A stretch of DNA of 51,687 bases, counting the filler, from Diploschistes diacapsis (taxonomy: Eukaryota), in NCBI GenBank assembly GCA_023645945.1. It is 3 parts of 3 records of this genome, joined end to end, with 100 filler letters (N's around TTAATTAATTAA, not from the genome) between each part and the next. Parts side by side here need not be neighbours in the genome. Positions count along the whole stretch, not along the records: positions 17,269 to 34,435 come from JALAIB010000465.1; positions 34,536 to 51,687 come from JALAIB010000466.1; 1 more part is not named here. One strand, written 5' to 3'. Shown here piece by piece: positions 22,851-34,935 of this stretch. Position 1 is the first letter of the stretch; every line of letters starts with the position of its first letter. Under the pieces are notes generated by a model. The model was not told the DNA's origin. It saw only the letters and a program-made list of their open reading frames with translations, and did no database searches. The translations under genes and the position numbers were made by a program.

Positions 22851-24419
22851 ATGTCTATTTCTGCGGCCTCAGCAGTGGCTGCTTCATCTGCAGCCCCAAC
22901 CTGGGATCCTGGCGTGACCGCCCCATACCGTGTATCCACCGACGATGACCAGCGAGGCTTCCTAACCGTAATGACGGCAACTGCATTGAGTTTCGTTTTT
23001 ACAGGCTTCGTGATTCGCGCCTACAGTCGCGTTACAATAGGCGGCTTCAAGCCCGACGACTGGATCCTCACAGCCGCCACAATATTAGCAATCATCCAGT
23101 CTGCAGTGGTCTTTTCCTCGATACAGAAAGGCTTCGGCCTAGCCGTCAACCTCGTCCCTCCCACCGACTATATACCAATGCTCAAGGTAAGCAAGCCTCG
23201 ATTTTGACCAAACGATGACCCTCCTCATTCCGACGAAGCACTCGCGACTAATCTGCTCCGAAAGTCCTACTTCGCCTCCGACGCCCTCTACCTCCTCACC
23301 CTCCTCTTCTCCAAGCTCGGCACAGCCTTCATCTACCTACGCCTGACGCCCGAAAAGGGCCACTCGATCGCGGCATGGACCAACATCCTCCTCTGCACCG
23401 CCTGCTTCCTGCTCTCCTTCCTCCTGACAACCATAACCTGCCACCCGTCCGAGCCCTGGACCGACACCACCCTCTCCACCTGCCCCTCGCTCTTCACGCG
23501 CTGGGCCCTCTCTACCGCGCTTTCCCTTACGACCGAACTCTCCCTCTTCTCGTTATCCATCTACCTTGTCTGGACCCTAAAAATGCCCCTCCGCAGCAAA
23601 GCTATCGTCGTCTCCGCCTTCGCCGCCCGCCTCGGCGCCCTCGTGCCCGCGGCCCTGCGCCTCGTCTTCCTCGGCCAGGCCATGCAGTCCGACGAGCCGA
23701 CCTTCCTCGGCACCGCCGCCGTCGCCGCCGCCCAGTTCGAGCTCGGCTACGGCCTGCTCGCCTCCATGGTCCCGTGCCTGAAGCCCTTCATGGCCACCTA
23801 CGAGGGGCCCCTGCGCCCGGCCGTACGGGCGAGGCAATACTACGACAGATACTACGGCGAGGGCGAAGCTGCCGCGGGAGCAAGGGGCGGGGTGAGCAAC
23901 CGGCACAAGCTCTCGAACTACAGCGGCGGCGGCAGCGCGTCACTGGAGGAGCACGGCTCGCGCCTGGGCCTGTCGGGGCTGGGCTCGTCGGGCCAGCGGA
24001 GCCAGGGCAGAGGGGAGGACCGGCGGCCGAGGATATACACCGGCGGCGAGGGGAAAGGGGTGGCGAGCACGACGATCGGGACGGGCACCGGCTCGTCCCA
24101 ACACGGGCACGGCCATGGAGCGGGAGGGGGAATGGGAATGGGAGCAAAGGGCAGGAAGAGCCTGGATAGCGATAGCTCGATGCAGGCGATCATCCCGCAC
24201 TCGCACGGGAATGGGACTGGGCGGGAGCGCGGCGGGAGCGCGGCGGGGAGAGGGGAGGTTGGGGTCGCGGTCACTTCGTCGGATTGGGAGAGAGGTTCGG
24301 ATGGATCGGGCACGGGCCTGGGCACGGGCCTGGGGGGCATCAAGAAGGAGGTAGGGTTCTGCGTGGAGACGGAGAGCATTGCCGGGTACAACGGCGGGGC
24401 TGTGCACCCGGCGAGGTAG
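22851..24419 (+). CDS. PTH11-like (fungal rhodopsin-domain) integral membrane protein without CFEM domain, 2 exons
   Basis: Exon 22851-23186, intron 23187-23264 (GTAAGC..ACTAAT..AAG), exon 23265-24419. Motifs RAYSR, DDWILTAA, GFG, ASDALYLLTLLFSKLG, LKMPLRSK and LLASMVPCLKPF, then a Gly-rich tail. Confidence 0.85.
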
Positions 24420-25966
24420 TCGGAGGATAGAAAGAAGGGGAGGACTACGGTCGGCGTTACTTATGGTGGGGGGGTTCATGACTTGGGGGAAAAAAAAAGG
24501 GTGGTAATTTGGTTTTTTGCAGCAAACTATGGCGATGTGGGGGTTTTTTTTTTGTGGGGCCGAGATACCAGTATTCTATGCCAAAAATGATGGGGGGCGC
24601 TTGGGCAGTAGAGATTCAGTACAACGAGAGCCACGAAACTCAGCCTTCTATTGCTACTGCTTCGTAAAAAGATACCCTCCCCCAAACCCCTTCGTGAGAC
24701 TCCTGATAGCATGCGTATAGGATAGCAAGTCAAGTCAAGCTCTTACAGACCACAGACCCCACTTCGCACGGGCACACAGCATCCCATCCATCCAGTGTCC
24801 CCTTTCTTGCCCCCGTACTTTGCGAAACATTGGCCAAACCCCTCGCAGAAAGTCTGCATCTTCCTCCGTCGTACAATTCGCTTTGTCGACCAGCTCATTA
24901 GCCCGAGGTGCGGCACACACAGAGGCACACGCATGATTAGCTGCGGGCATGAACTAGCGTCGATTACGACATCTATCTAGGCGTAGACCGTCTGCTTCGA
25001 GTTCTTCTCTTGGCGGGCCTTTGGACGGGGGAAGTGGTTACGGGATACTCGTTCCGCCGCTTTTACCGTGGACGTGCAAAGCGCCCCAGAGCTTTTTCAG
25101 TCGTGCCTAGATCGGTGGTGCATTCTCATTTCCCCCTTCGTAGTCCTGCAAGAGGCCTGGCTGGGCTTTCGGATGGAGGAACCGCGGAAGTGAGGGAGGG
25201 GGGTAAGCCCCGACTCAGCCCAAGTGCTCGATCGCCGAACCAAGTATGTGGCGGCGCTGTGGGGGATCTGGATTACAGTCAGATTCAACCCAAGAAATAG
25301 CTTTCCAAGCTTGCTTGCAAAACTGATTGCGCGATAAATGCAACAAGTGAAAGGACAATCCCTTCGGGATAAAACATTTTGTGTTTAGATCAATTATTAA
25401 AAGGTTTTCCAGAATTATTTTTTTTCTGATGAAAGTGCCTGTTTCGCTGGTTTCGCGGGTTTCAAAACTTGTTCCGGTTAGGTTAGCGCAGGCCCCGGCC
25501 GGGATGGTTGGAACTTGGAACTTGGAACTTAGAAAACCGCCCGCACCAACAACCCTTTTTCCCATTTCTCCATTTCTTTGTTTGCCCCAGTCTCCACAGA
25601 AACAAAAGTGTGGTAGATATAGGAAGAGACGATCGTGCTGTGGGCGGGCGCAACTCCCCGCGAGGTTCCACATGGCAAAGTCCCCTCGTTAACAAAATGC
25701 CTGGTAGAGTTAATGAGGCTTCGATTAGTAGGGGTGATCTGCTCTTCTAGATTCAAGACTGGAGATGTTGCTCGTCTCGTCTACCTTTATTTTCTTTGTA
25801 TGTCTTCGCGAGTCCTTTGCTTGTCGTCATTCAGCAGTCCGCTACTTACTCCTTAATCTTATCCTCTAATCGCTTTGCGCCCTATCATCTTCTTCCTTCA
25901 CTATTTTCTCTTCTCTGACCTTCGTGGTCGCTCGCGGGTTACGTTACATAGTTCCATCTCATCATC

Positions 25967-27708
25967 ATGGCCGCGCAGTACGGTATCGAGATGACAAAGA
26001 CCAACTTGCAGGAGACGGTGATGGAGAAGCCTTCGAAGCCTTCGAACGAAGGGAGCTTCGAGGAGGGCGTGGGAGCGAACGGCCACCACGACAGAAACCA
26101 TACAATCCATGATGCGAACGAAATGGATCGTATGGGTCGCAAACAGGAGCTCATCAGGAATTTCCGGCCTCTGTCGGCCTTCAGTTTCACGGTCATCTTG
26201 CAAGCTACGTGGGAGTTCCTGCTCATCTCCAACACTCAGGGTTTGACCGATGGCGGCTTGGCCGGGCTTTTTTGGACATATGTATGGACATTCATAGGTT
26301 TTGGCCTGGTCATAGTGTGTCTCGCTGAAATGGCCTCCATGGCGCCAATCTCGGGTGGCCAGTACCATTGGGTTTCCGAGTTTGCTCCACCGCGATATCA
26401 AAAATTTCTCAGCTACATCACAGGTTCGGTGCCTGCGATCCGCCGTGCATGACCAGGGCGCTAACGCATGAGCAGGCTGGATGTCGACCCTGGCGTGGCA
26501 GGCCGGTGCGGCATCGGGATCCTTCTTGACGGGCACCATCATACAAGGACTGATAGGCGTCAACGACGTCAATTACAGTCCTGCGGCGTGGCAAGGCACC
26601 TTGCTCGTCTTTTCCATGGTGTTTCTTCTCTACATCTTCAACGTGTTCGCGTACAAGCAGATGCCGATGATGCAAAACTTTCTGCTTGTAATCCACACTT
26701 TGGCCTTCTTCGTTGTCATCATTGTGCTGTGGGTAATGTCGCCTCATCAGTCGGCTACTGCAGTCTTCACCCAATTCACCAACGAGGGCGGTTGGTCTTC
26801 TACCGGCCTGACATTGATGATCGGCCAGATTTCAGCCATCTATGGCTCTTTGAGTGAGTCGTCCTGGAGAGCCTTGGTGGGCAAACAATTAACGCGATGG
26901 GCAAGGTTCCGATGCGACTGCACACATGGCGGAAGAGGTCCGAAATGCTGGCCTCAACGTTCCGCGGGCCATGGTCTGGAGTTACTTTGGGAACGGCATT
27001 ATCGCCCTCGTTTTCCTCATCACCTACCTCTTCTCCATTCCATCGGTGGACGACGCTCTGAACGACCCGTCGGGTTTCCCCTTCATCTACGTTTTCAACC
27101 AGGCCATGAACGTCGGTGGCGTGAACGCCCTCACCGTCCTCATCCTCGTACTGGTCATTTTCAGCAACATCTCGTTCAACGCCTCGACCTCGCGCCAGAC
27201 GTGGGCATTTGCCAGGGACAAGGGTCTGCCCCTTCACTCGTGGCTGTCCAAAGTCCACCCCACCAAGGAACTTCCCGTGAACGCCGTCATCTTCTCCTGC
27301 ATCTTTTCCGCCGCCCTCTCGCTCATCAACATTGGCAGCAACTCCGCCTTCAACGCCATCATCTCTCTGCAGATCGTCGCCATCATGTTCACCTACTCCA
27401 TCTCCATCAGCTGCGTCCTCTACCGCCGCATTTCGCACCCGGAGCTCCTGCCCCAGGCCCGCTGGAGTCTCGGTCGTTGGGGCGTGCCGGTCAACGTATC
27501 CGGCCTGGCCTACGCGCTGTTCGTGTTCTTTTGGTCCTTCTGGCCAAACGCGACCCCCGTCGACATTACATCGATGAACTGGTGTGTGGTCATGTTCTTC
27601 GGAGTCTTCTTCATCGCGCTCATCATGTACTTTGTGCGCGGACGGCACATTTACGTCGGACCCGTCGAGCTGATAGAGGCAAGGAACAGGCGAAGTCCGG
27701 GATATTAG
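25967..27708 (+). CDS. APC-family amino acid permease (GABA/choline, Uga4/Hnm1-like), 3 exons
   Basis: Motifs MGRKQELIRNF, LAEMASMAPISGGQYHWVSEFAP, DATAHMAEE and SRQTWAFARDKGLP. Introns 26424-26475 and 26854-26905 join the frames. Confidence 0.93.
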
Positions 27709-28828
27709 GTCGAGCAGGGGGAGGGAGGCCAATTTTGTCATATAAAAAGCTTACATTGTCCTTCCCTTCCCCACAGCAGCATTAAGATTCACGTGGGGCA
27801 CTTTCTTGGCATGGCTTCCAACAAGTAATGAAATTTCCACGATACGGAAAAAGAACTCAATTACCTCTTGACGGTGCTCCCATCGCCCACTTTCCCAAGA
27901 ATTCTCTCCAAAAAGCACTCAAGAAGATGCAGAAAACCGAACTCGATCCAAGTTCCCCCAGCACGTCCCACAGATCTTCTACTTTTTATCCGTTTTCAAG
28001 GAGGCCGAAATGGGGAAGTGCCCAACACGGGGGGACCCACGGGGGGGATAACTCATCCCCGTACCGCCGCCGCGACCCTCCACTCGACCTCGCCTGGGAG
28101 ACTCGAACGCGTGGCTACTTCTGCTAACTCTGGGCGAGGGGTAACAATCCAACTAGCAACGCGCAACTTGGCTGGAGGGAAACACGTGTTTTTGGGTATC
28201 GACATCAATACCATATATATACTGGGATGCTTTTCCGGGGGCATATGTATTTTCTTTTGCCGATAGAGAGCGAAGCCCCGACAGAGAGAGAATCCAAAGG
28301 GGGGCGATGGCTGCTGGCTACCTTTGCCGTTTTTGGGGAACGAAGCGGGCAACACGTAACGGGTTTCACCAGGAAACGGGTCACACCACGAAGCGGGTCA
28401 CAATCCCTGCACCTTCGTAAAATGTATTTCTTAAAGGCGGAAGAACGGGGTAGTTGTAGTTGAGAACAGATTTAGCTTCGTACAAATATGGAAGCGTTCG
28501 ACCTAGCGCAATTACATTATAATGTATGACCCGCTTCGTGTGCTCGATCCCCGGGGCCCACAGTCTGACGGAGACAAGAACTAGAAACCTCAAATCGAAA
28601 AAAGTGTTTGAGGGGAACGCTTAACACGGAAGTTTGATGCTGGGATAAGCCCCGTCCGTGGACTTTCCCCGAGTTTGACCCTGGTTGCGTTGTTTTCGTC
28701 GAAATGATCTCTCTGCTCGCTTCCCTGGAATCCCCTCGCTTCGGGATTCCCCAATTTCTTACCACCTCTTCACCTAACCGTGCGTTATGCATGCCCTTTG
28801 GCTGTTGTCCTTTGGGTATGCTATCTTA

Positions 28829-29354
28829 GACCCTGTTTGGTGGTCAGCGTAGAGCATGTGTAGAGAGCCTCTACGTAGCTTTGTACGAGCTCACATGACA
28901 CTCTACGCTCCCACCAAACGCCCCTTTTCGTAGAGCGTCTACGCGCTCTACGACCACCAAAATCTTCGTAGAGTGCTGTGAGAAGCTAGCACTCTACGAA
29001 TTGATCCAAAATGGACCGAAACCCTATCGCCGCCGCCTCCACCGCCCATTTGCCCCTCCCATCGGGCCGGAATGGACGATTCTCCAATCCGGATATCACG
29101 AAAACAAGGGCAGGATAACCGTTGTGTTGCTCGCTGATATTGCGCAACTATACGCAGCCCAGCATTACGACAAATACTACGCCTGCGAGGGCATCGCAGA
29201 GAAGGCTGGGGAGGCTGGGAGGCTGGGAGGCTGGGCCGAGGCTGGACTACTAGGCCGAGGATGGTAAGCGACAGCGTGGTGGGGGCTGGCTGCCAAACGC
29301 GCCACGTAGAGCTGCTCTATCGTGGGGCAGCTCTATGTGCAGCCAAACAGGGCC
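28829..29354. mobile_element. Non-autonomous PIF/Harbinger-type (Tourist-like) MITE, 526 bp
   Basis: Left TIR GACCCTGTTTGG (28829-28840) and right TIR CCAAACAGGGCC (29343-29354) match 11/12. TTA flanks both ends (28826-28828, 29355-29357). Multiple subterminal CGTAGAG/CTCTACG motifs; no transposase ORF. Confidence 0.85.
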
Positions 29355-30817
29355 TTAGGCTACCTTGTTTATTAACAAATTTATAATAACATGATCTAAT
29401 AACACGATTATACGTATTATATTTATTACCCCGGCTCGAATGAGGAATCAAATCTAATTTCTAATCATCATAAATTATAGTTGAAGACTTTTTAGTACTC
29501 GAGCCTTTGATAAATAAATTGTTTTGGCAACGTAATGGGATGTACTGAAATCTAGAGGCCTAATCTCCAAAAAGTACCCTACTTTATAGATTCTTATCCT
29601 TACGGTTGGTTATAGTTGCCTTCCCCAATCATAAAAGATTGGATGTCCGTCCCTCGTCTCGCTCAGGCTCTACCCTAACATATTCTTGAGCTCGCAGTTT
29701 AGCATCCATTTGACTCCCTGGGCTGTCCCCAACCCTCCCAGGTTAAACATGGTCGGCAAATCGTTAAATGCAGGAAGTTAGTTGCGTATAGGCGAGTCCC
29801 GTCCGACTGACACGGTGCAACTGCCGAGTGAACACGTCGGGGCTCGATGGTGCAGCCCTCCCCTGGATGCCAGTTCTGCAGGGCCCCAGAAAGACATCGC
29901 ACGGTGCGTTCAGAGCCCTCCCAAGGACTCCCAGGTATGGGCCTTGTTTTTCGACGTCGGTCCAATTGCAGTCCTTGTGACGTCTGCACCTTCAGTCGTG
30001 GCATCCCCCATCTTCTTGCAGTTGAGGATACCGGCAACTTCCTATAAGGTTTTAACAGGATCCTTGAATCGCCATAGTCCCGTAAGCGAGGAAGGACGAC
30101 GCAGTGGCGACAGATCTGCTCTAGGACTTCCATTGGGCAGGTCCCAGGATGTTACGCTTCAGCATATGCCCGTCGTTGGTAGAGTAAGTAGAGGCCGTTC
30201 ATTGTGATCGGATTGTTGATACTGAACTGGCTTCTGTAGTGCAGACGGTGCCGAAGATCTTCCGTTCCTTTGGTGTATGACTTGACGGCCTAGTAATCTG
30301 TCGGACTCTGCTATTCACTTCTTCGAGGCTTCGGTCTATCTTTCTTGATCCTTAAACGGAGCGGCTAATCTTGCCTTATCGCGTTAAAAATTAATTTTGG
30401 TGAAGAGGTTAAAAGCTCAAAGGACCCTGGTAAGTAAGATACTATATCAGAAAACTTTACGGAAAGATGGTGCGGTCATAGTGTAGGGTATCTCTTCAGA
30501 TATGAATCATATATACCACATATTTTCAACAAGTGAACAGTTTTCCGGTATGTCGTGCACGTAAGCTTTTAGAGGACATGCATAAGTAGTATAGACTGAC
30601 TGTGTCTCTGGTTGTAGAAATCGTTGTCGAATCTCTCCCGTGATGTTCACAGTGTGCTCAAAACGCTCGGGGAGTGCAGTTGGCACAACAGTATTGAGAC
30701 GAGTCAAGACTTGACTTAGGGAAGAGTGGAGAACACTGTGCTCATTTAGGTTTGTCGCTTGGTAGAAATTGATCGAAATCAATTACGGGTAGTTTGCAAC
30801 AAAAACTGGGGAATTGT

Positions 30818-32874
30818 TCATGCTGTGGGTAGTCCTACAGCCATTCGAGCGGCCTTCATCTCCTCAGCGCCCAAATTCATATCCCTCGCATACTTCCCGT
30901 AACCTTCAATGATCCGCTTCAATGCTGTTTGTAGTTGGTCCAGAAGCAGGTCTACATTCCTGACATGCCGGCCACCACCCGCGGTTGCCTGGAAATGGAC
31001 GTCTGTCCAGTGTACTGGAAACTGATTCATGAATGTTTTGATGCGGGCTATGAGATTGCCAAAATTCCGCATAATAAGGCCAATGTCTTTACTAACCTGG
31101 CCCATGGAGTCTTCCTTGATTGCAGCCACGGCTAAATGAGCAAGTGAATTGATGGCAAAAGAGATGAGTTCCATTTCACTTGTCGGAGAACCAAAGACTT
31201 TGGCGTTGGCTCGACGGTCGAATGTTTGGCGAAAGGGAAAGCCAACCGGGAAGTTGAGTATTTGAGTCAACGCATTCTTTGTAACACTTTCGAGATGCTC
31301 GGGTTGCAATGCCCGCTGATGTTCCTGCGTGAGTGTTTTGTCGCGCACTATCTTTACTCCCTTGACAAGAGCACCGGAGTCCTTGGAAGGAGATTGCCCA
31401 ATACTTTTCGCAAACGAGCCAATGCTAGCTTCAGCTCTCCCACGGTTGTTCTTCGGTTTTGGAGAGCTTAAAAGTATCGGATCCACCTTTAGCGGAGCAG
31501 ATAATCTTGGAAGACTCTTGACAGCAATTCCGTTATTCTGCTTGACGGACATCTCTGGTGGTGGGGTCTGAGTATCAATGAGACGAGTATTGATATCCTC
31601 GACTACAGCCAGGCAAGCCTGGAGGATCTGAGACCAGGTAGATCCGTCTTTGCGGTCATACTCAAGATACATTGTTTTTCGACGGGCCTCGTCTGAAATA
31701 CTTATAAGGGCCAGTTCCCAGAAGGAGTTCGTCTGACCCCGTTAGTGAGTGGGTAGAGCAAGTTGATACAGAACTTACCTTTACAAGGTTTTTTTTGGAC
31801 TTCAGCCCGTTCAACAAGCTCGCATTTGGATCGCGAGACTCGGACGTCAACGGCTTTCCTCGCTTCAGTGGCGGCTGGCTTACATACGCGGTGAACGCCA
31901 GATTACTAAGTTGCCAAAGGCACATAAGCAAGACGCTTGCTGTGAGGGTTCTCCATAGCAGGAGGTAATGGTAGGGTGGTATCGTTGCAGGCTCGGCAGA
32001 TCGAGGAACGTTCCAGACAAGGCGCGCAAACCAGAGAGACCAATTCCAAGCAATCTGCCGTAGGAATAACGGATATGCAACCAGTGTGCAGCCAAAGACA
32101 GCTCCCGCACTTAATACCGTGAATACAAAGCTTTTACTAAGCTCCTGCTTGAGTATCTCCTCTGCTGGTTGAAACTTAATGGGCTTCCCTTGTTGTTCGT
32201 CTGCGTGCCCAAGGTGCACAGGAATTTGTCCATAGTCGTAGTACATGTGCAGCAGAGCTTGAGCGACTGCCAGTACAAGGAAGCTACTGCGAAGGAAAAT
32301 TGGTCGCTCATTCAACTGGTCCCGTTCCGTCATCCTGTATTCTTCAGCAACCGAAATGCTGAACTTCCAAGGTACCTACCCTCCATCTTTCACCCAACTC
32401 AGTTCTGCATCTTCGGACGAAGACCAGACACATACTTCGCTGAACCACCAGGCCGAAAATAAATAGAAAGCGATGGTTTGAAAGGCGGATAGAGAGGTGA
32501 GCGAGTGAAGAAGGATATTAAAGGGGGATGTCGCTGTTCTCGCCCCGATGCGTAGCTGAGCGACTCGCAGAATGAATATGACTAGCACCGATATGAAAAT
32601 AAGGAGCGTGCGGATACCAGTTCTGCCGAAAGGAAAGATCATCCAGAAGTCTGCATGGGCGAGCGATTAGCTATCAAGTATTTTCAGAGGGACTGGGATC
32701 TCAAGTACATGATGAAGCATCGCCGACCCAAATGGCGCTCACATAGCAGCCAAGTAAGGCGAAACCTGCAGCCCGGGTGAATCTACGATGGAGCGTTGGC
32801 GTTAGATAATCCCGATAGTATCCAATTCTTTTCAACTTTTCGGTGGTCGTGATTGTAGCCGCAGTCGCTGACAT
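30818..32874 (-). CDS. NDC1: Nucleoporin Ndc1 (Cut11 family), 4 exons
   Basis: YRDYLTPTLHRRFTRAA, FSAWWFSEV, LNERPIFL, PLKRGKPLTSESRDPNASLLNGLKSKK, FWELA and EDSMGQVSKD. Introns 32708-32651, 32379-32335 and 31778-31733 restore one frame. Confidence 0.9.
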
Positions 32875-33205
32875 GCTGGCTGCGAGAACAGTGTAAGCCA
32901 ATCCGGCCACCAATAGAGCCCAAAATGGTCTCAAGAAAGCCCTTTGCTCTGGTTGGAAATATCAATTGTTTCAACTCGGTTGAAGCTCTCTCTGAAGCCG
33001 CCAAAGTCAACAAAGCTTGCTGACTAACAATGATAAGTCTAGGCTTGGCGTGTTCCCGATAGGTCAGGTGGAGAGGAAGGCAACCCTTCTCACCCGCGCT
33101 GCTTCGATACCAGTCCTCCAAGCACTGATCAACTACATCGAGCTACCCTCTTGCAAAGCTGCTCCTCGTTATCCAACTACTTTCCAGTTAACAACTTTCT
33201 GTAAG

Positions 33206-34109
33206 ATGTCTTTCGATCAGCTGTCCTCTACGGAGGCGCAGCCAACTAGCATGCGTCGCAACGAAGATCCGGAGTACCAGGACGATCCCGAGTTCAGTCG
33301 CTTTGCGGAAGATTTGTCGGTGAAGCTCTTCACCCTGACTTCAAACATTTCGCGTCTATCGCAGCAGATCAGTCTATTAGGGACAAAGCGGGATACAGAG
33401 CGGGTGCGAGAACGGGTTCACGACCTGCTGGAGGAGGCAAGAGATGGCTTTAAGGAGGTTGGAGACGGTATAAAGAAACTTACGGCGTGGGACGATTTGA
33501 ATGTAGGTCATCTCAGCTTCTTAGGCTCCCTTCGTGGCGTGCAGGCTGGGTCCTTGTGAATGGGTAATCAGCTAACGTTCTACAAACCAGGCATCACAAA
33601 AGTACACCCAACAAAAGCTTTCACGAGAGTTCCAAGCATCAGGGGCAGAGTTTCAAACAATACAGAGACTGGCGCTGGAAAAACAGAGAGCCTCAGCGGC
33701 CTCTCAGAAAGACGCATTAGAATCTGGGGACGCCTCAAATTTACCGCGCTATACCGACAACCCACAGCAACAGCAACAAGAACAGGTCCGCCTGGCCAAC
33801 CAAGATGAGGTTAATTTCCAAGAGTCACTGATCGTTGAGCGTGAGTCGGAAATACGAAATATCGAGCAAAGTGTAGGAGAGCTGAATGAGCTGTTCCGCG
33901 ATGTTGCGCACATTGTACGCGAGCAGGGAGAGAATCTCGATGTGATAGAGAACAACGTTCAGAACACTGTGACCGATACCCGGCAGGCAGACTTGGAACT
34001 GCGGTCCGCCAACCGGTATCAGAAGCAGGCAAGAGGGAAGGCATGCTGCTTGCTATTGATAATGGCGGTTGTTCTTGTCATCATTATTTTGGCGGCTGTT
34101 CTCGGATGA
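33206..34109 (+). CDS. PEP12: Endosomal/vacuolar syntaxin t-SNARE (Pep12/Vam3 family), 2 exons
   Basis: MSFDQLSS start, LGTKRDTERVRERVH, SNARE motif LIVERESEIRNIEQSVGELNELFRDVAHIVREQG and C-terminal TM helix. Intron 33503-33590. Confidence 0.9.
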
Positions 34110-34327
34110 TGCAGCAAAATTCTTGTAGTATTCGCTACCAGCATATACCGGCGTTCAAACAATATGGTGGGTTTTATCAGGGAGCATTCGATCCATGGAT
34201 CAGAGGAGGATATCAATTGTACGCTACCAGATGTCTACATAACGCTTGCCGCACACACAAACGCCTTGCAATGCAACCTAACATGCAAAAGCCTCCTGTC
34301 TATTCCTCTCCGCACCGTGATGCCTAT

Positions 34328-34435
34328 TCACCACAACCCCGTCAGATTCGCCAACCTCATCCTCCAGCCCTCCCACGAATTCAGTTTCGGCCTCACGTCC
34401 AGATAGAAATTCAGTACCTTTCCCCCCTGCCCCTC
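34328..34435 (-). CDS. CYT2: 3' end of a holocytochrome c-type synthase (probably cytochrome c1 heme lyase), truncated by the gap
   Basis: Minus frame reads EGQGGKVLNFYLDVRPKLNSWEGWRMRLANLTGLW-stop; FYLDVRP is the conserved heme-lyase C-terminal motif. CYT2 rather than CYC3 is inferred from the KLNSWEG continuation. Confidence 0.75.
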   Translation of the reverse strand, partial: EGQGGKVLNFYLDVRPKLNSWEGWRMRLANLTGLW

Positions 34436-34535
34436 NNNNNNNNNNNNNNNNNNNNNNNNNNNNNNNNNNNNNNNNNNNNTTAATTAATTAANNNNNNNNN
34501 NNNNNNNNNNNNNNNNNNNNNNNNNNNNNNNNNNN
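34436..34535. other. Artificial contig-join linker (N44-TTAATTAATTAA-N44)
   Basis: Identical to the linker at 17169-17268. Confidence 0.97.
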
Positions 34536-34935
34536 GTTCGTGCTTTTATTATAATATAATATCCGTGTCAGTGTCCGTGTCAAAAATTTTTTTATTACGA
34601 TGTCCGTGTCCGTGCATTCACCGAAATATTTTAAATTATTTTTTTAATTTTAATAATTCTAGAATTAGTACGCTTATTTCTTACGTTTTTATTTTTTTAA
34701 AAAATTTACACCGCGATGTTTCAATAAATTTATTATAATATCGTGTCTGTGTCAATATCAATATTTTAAATTTTTTAATTACGGTATCCGTGTCCGTAAA
34801 TTCACGAAAATATAATATCCGTGTTAGTATCCGTGTTTTAAAATTTTAACCACAATGTCCGTGTCAGTATCCGTGTTTTGAAAATTTTTGCTGTAGTGTC
34901 CGTGTCAGTGACCGTGGCACGAAACGGCCAGCCTA
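34536..34935. mobile_element. Degenerate AT-rich non-autonomous DNA transposon, hAT-like, with repeated TCCGTGTC motifs; left end lost in the gap
   Basis: More than ten (T/G)CCGTGT-type motifs and about 40-bp tandem units at 34816-34915. The right end reads TAGGCTGGCCGTTTCGTGC on the minus strand, and the first bases after the gap (GTTCGTGC) match the inner part of that putative TIR. Confidence 0.6.

Noticed and set aside
23375..24479. Several long overlapping ORFs in alternative frames and strands
   Set aside because: Shadow ORFs of the very GC-rich PTH11-like exon; the same applies to 26800-27741 (-) and 50941-51564 (-).
25263..25285. GATCTGGATTACAGTCAG upstream of the permease as a TPP riboswitch
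   Set aside because: Only partly resembles the TGATCTGGATAATACCAGCG core; no CTGAGA element or matching stems.
29001..29267. 88-aa ORF inside the MITE as a transposase remnant
   Set aside because: Starts at TTG and shows no DDE or Myb/SANT motifs.
34561..34916. Regularly spaced GTGTCCGTGTC repeats as a CRISPR array
   Set aside because: Eukaryotic context, short degenerate repeats, mutually similar spacers and no cas genes.
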